In this document: piece after piece, positions 47,188-47,965 of the stretch
How the letters are laid out: each line of letters starts with the position of its first letter
Position numbering within the stretch: position 1 is the first letter of the stretch
Assembly (NCBI GenBank): GCA_010093995.1
Contig: ML992509.1
Coordinates: 1,387,850 to 1,435,814 of the forward strand
Reading direction: 5' to 3'
Length of the DNA: 47,965 nt
Source of the DNA: Elsinoe ampelina
Taxonomy: Eukaryota
Notes under the pieces: generated by a model
What the model was told of the DNA's origin: nothing
Seen by the model: the letters and a program-made list of their open reading frames with translations, nothing else
The model's database searches: none
Made by a program: the position numbers and the translations under genes

Positions 47188-47585
47188 GGGGTCACCCTGT
47201 CTTGCCCCGGTGCGGTGGGAAAATCCAAGGGGTCACCCTGTCCGTGGCCCGGGGGTTACCCTGTCCGCCAAGTAGCACCGCCTGCGCCGAGGGGGTTACC
47301 CTGTCTGCTGCACCCGGCGGGCGCCCAAGGGGTCACCCTGTCCGCCGCCTCCGCCCGCCGCCACGGCCAAGTCATCCGGGGGTTACCCTGTCCCGGCCCA
47401 AGTGGAGGAGTCACCCTGTCTGCCACGGTGAAGGGGTTACCCTGTCTTTCTCCCCGCCCTTGAACGTGGAGGCACCCGGCCGTTGGTCCCATACAGCTCC
47501 TCCGTCTCCATGTCCCCTCGGTCACCTAGACTGCCCGCGCCGCCTAACGGCCGTCCTAAGGGATACATTAGGGGGTTACCCTGTC
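47188..47585 (+). repeat. Array of nine 14-bp quasi-palindromic direct repeats GGGGTYACCCTGTC with variable spacers
   Basis: Copies start at 47188, 47229, 47252, 47292, 47329, 47379, 47407 (GGAG variant), 47433 and 47572. A degenerate copy lies near 47519. Confidence 0.95.
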
Positions 47586-47965
47586 CTTCTCTCCGCCGTC
47601 ATCGCCCTCGCTTTTGCTCTACGCCCTAGCTGGCCTCGTAGCCTACGCCCTCTTGGACCGGGCGGCACTTGCCTACTAGCCTAGAGCCCTGCCTGAAGCT
47701 TAGCCTAGCCAGCGCGTACGCGAGGACGCGCTAGGCCGGCGGGCAATCCCCGCCGGCAGAGGCTCTCCTAGCACTTGAAGCCCACCGGTCAAAAGTCCGG
47801 GCCTCCGGTGTGTGTCCCTCTAGCTCCCACGAGGACAGCGGATCGCTCCCTCAGAGACTCTCCGGCACGGCGCCGGGGTCAAATTTGCGCGAAGCGGTTC
47901 GACCGCGGCAAAAGGTTTTTTGCGGAGCAAATTTTGGTGCGTTTTGGAATTTTTCGCCAGCGCGC

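Noticed and set aside
47188..47585. CRISPR array
   Set aside because: Repeats are only 14 nt, spacers range from 9 to 125 nt and share CCAAG fragments, there are no cas genes, and the context is eukaryotic with introns.
47570..47585. Telomere repeat tract
   Set aside because: Only isolated TTAGGG/GGGTTA hexamers; no tandem (TTAGGG)n array in the window.
47109..47684. 191-aa ORF with repeated GVTLS
   Set aside because: A by-product of translating the GC-rich 14-mer array; non-ATG start and no protein-like features.

Overview
Gene-dense eukaryotic DNA from a filamentous ascomycete (Pezizomycotina; Eurotiomycetes/Chaetothyriales is only a guess), with short GT-AG introns, mostly 46-57 nt, and CTRAY branch sites. 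Positions 1-44300 hold about 25 genes, mostly housekeeping: two Gly/Ser-rich GPI-type proteins, Zn-ADH, PAM17, RhoGAP, BET2, a Zn-finger protein, COQ10, RSA4, an ACS-family MFS transporter, an RRM-like protein, an intronless CYP51, IPI1, a CHK2-type kinase, ATG10, U1A/U2B'', ARC40, two orphan ORFs around an assembly gap, a TMEM205-like protein, NUC1, SNO1/PDX2, a COX18-like protein, a CNMT-like methyltransferase and an LRR protein. The last ~2.2 kb is different. It has a nest of four ~190-bp TG...CA solo-LTR-like elements with 4-bp target-site duplications and RIP-like decay. This is followed by a GC-rich non-coding block with nine copies of a quasi-palindromic 14-mer (GGGGTYACCCTGTC) separated by variable spacers, possibly the edge of an rDNA intergenic spacer, a subtelomere or a transposon end. 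Gene identities come from recognising motifs by eye and exon boundaries were placed by hand; no database searches were run.
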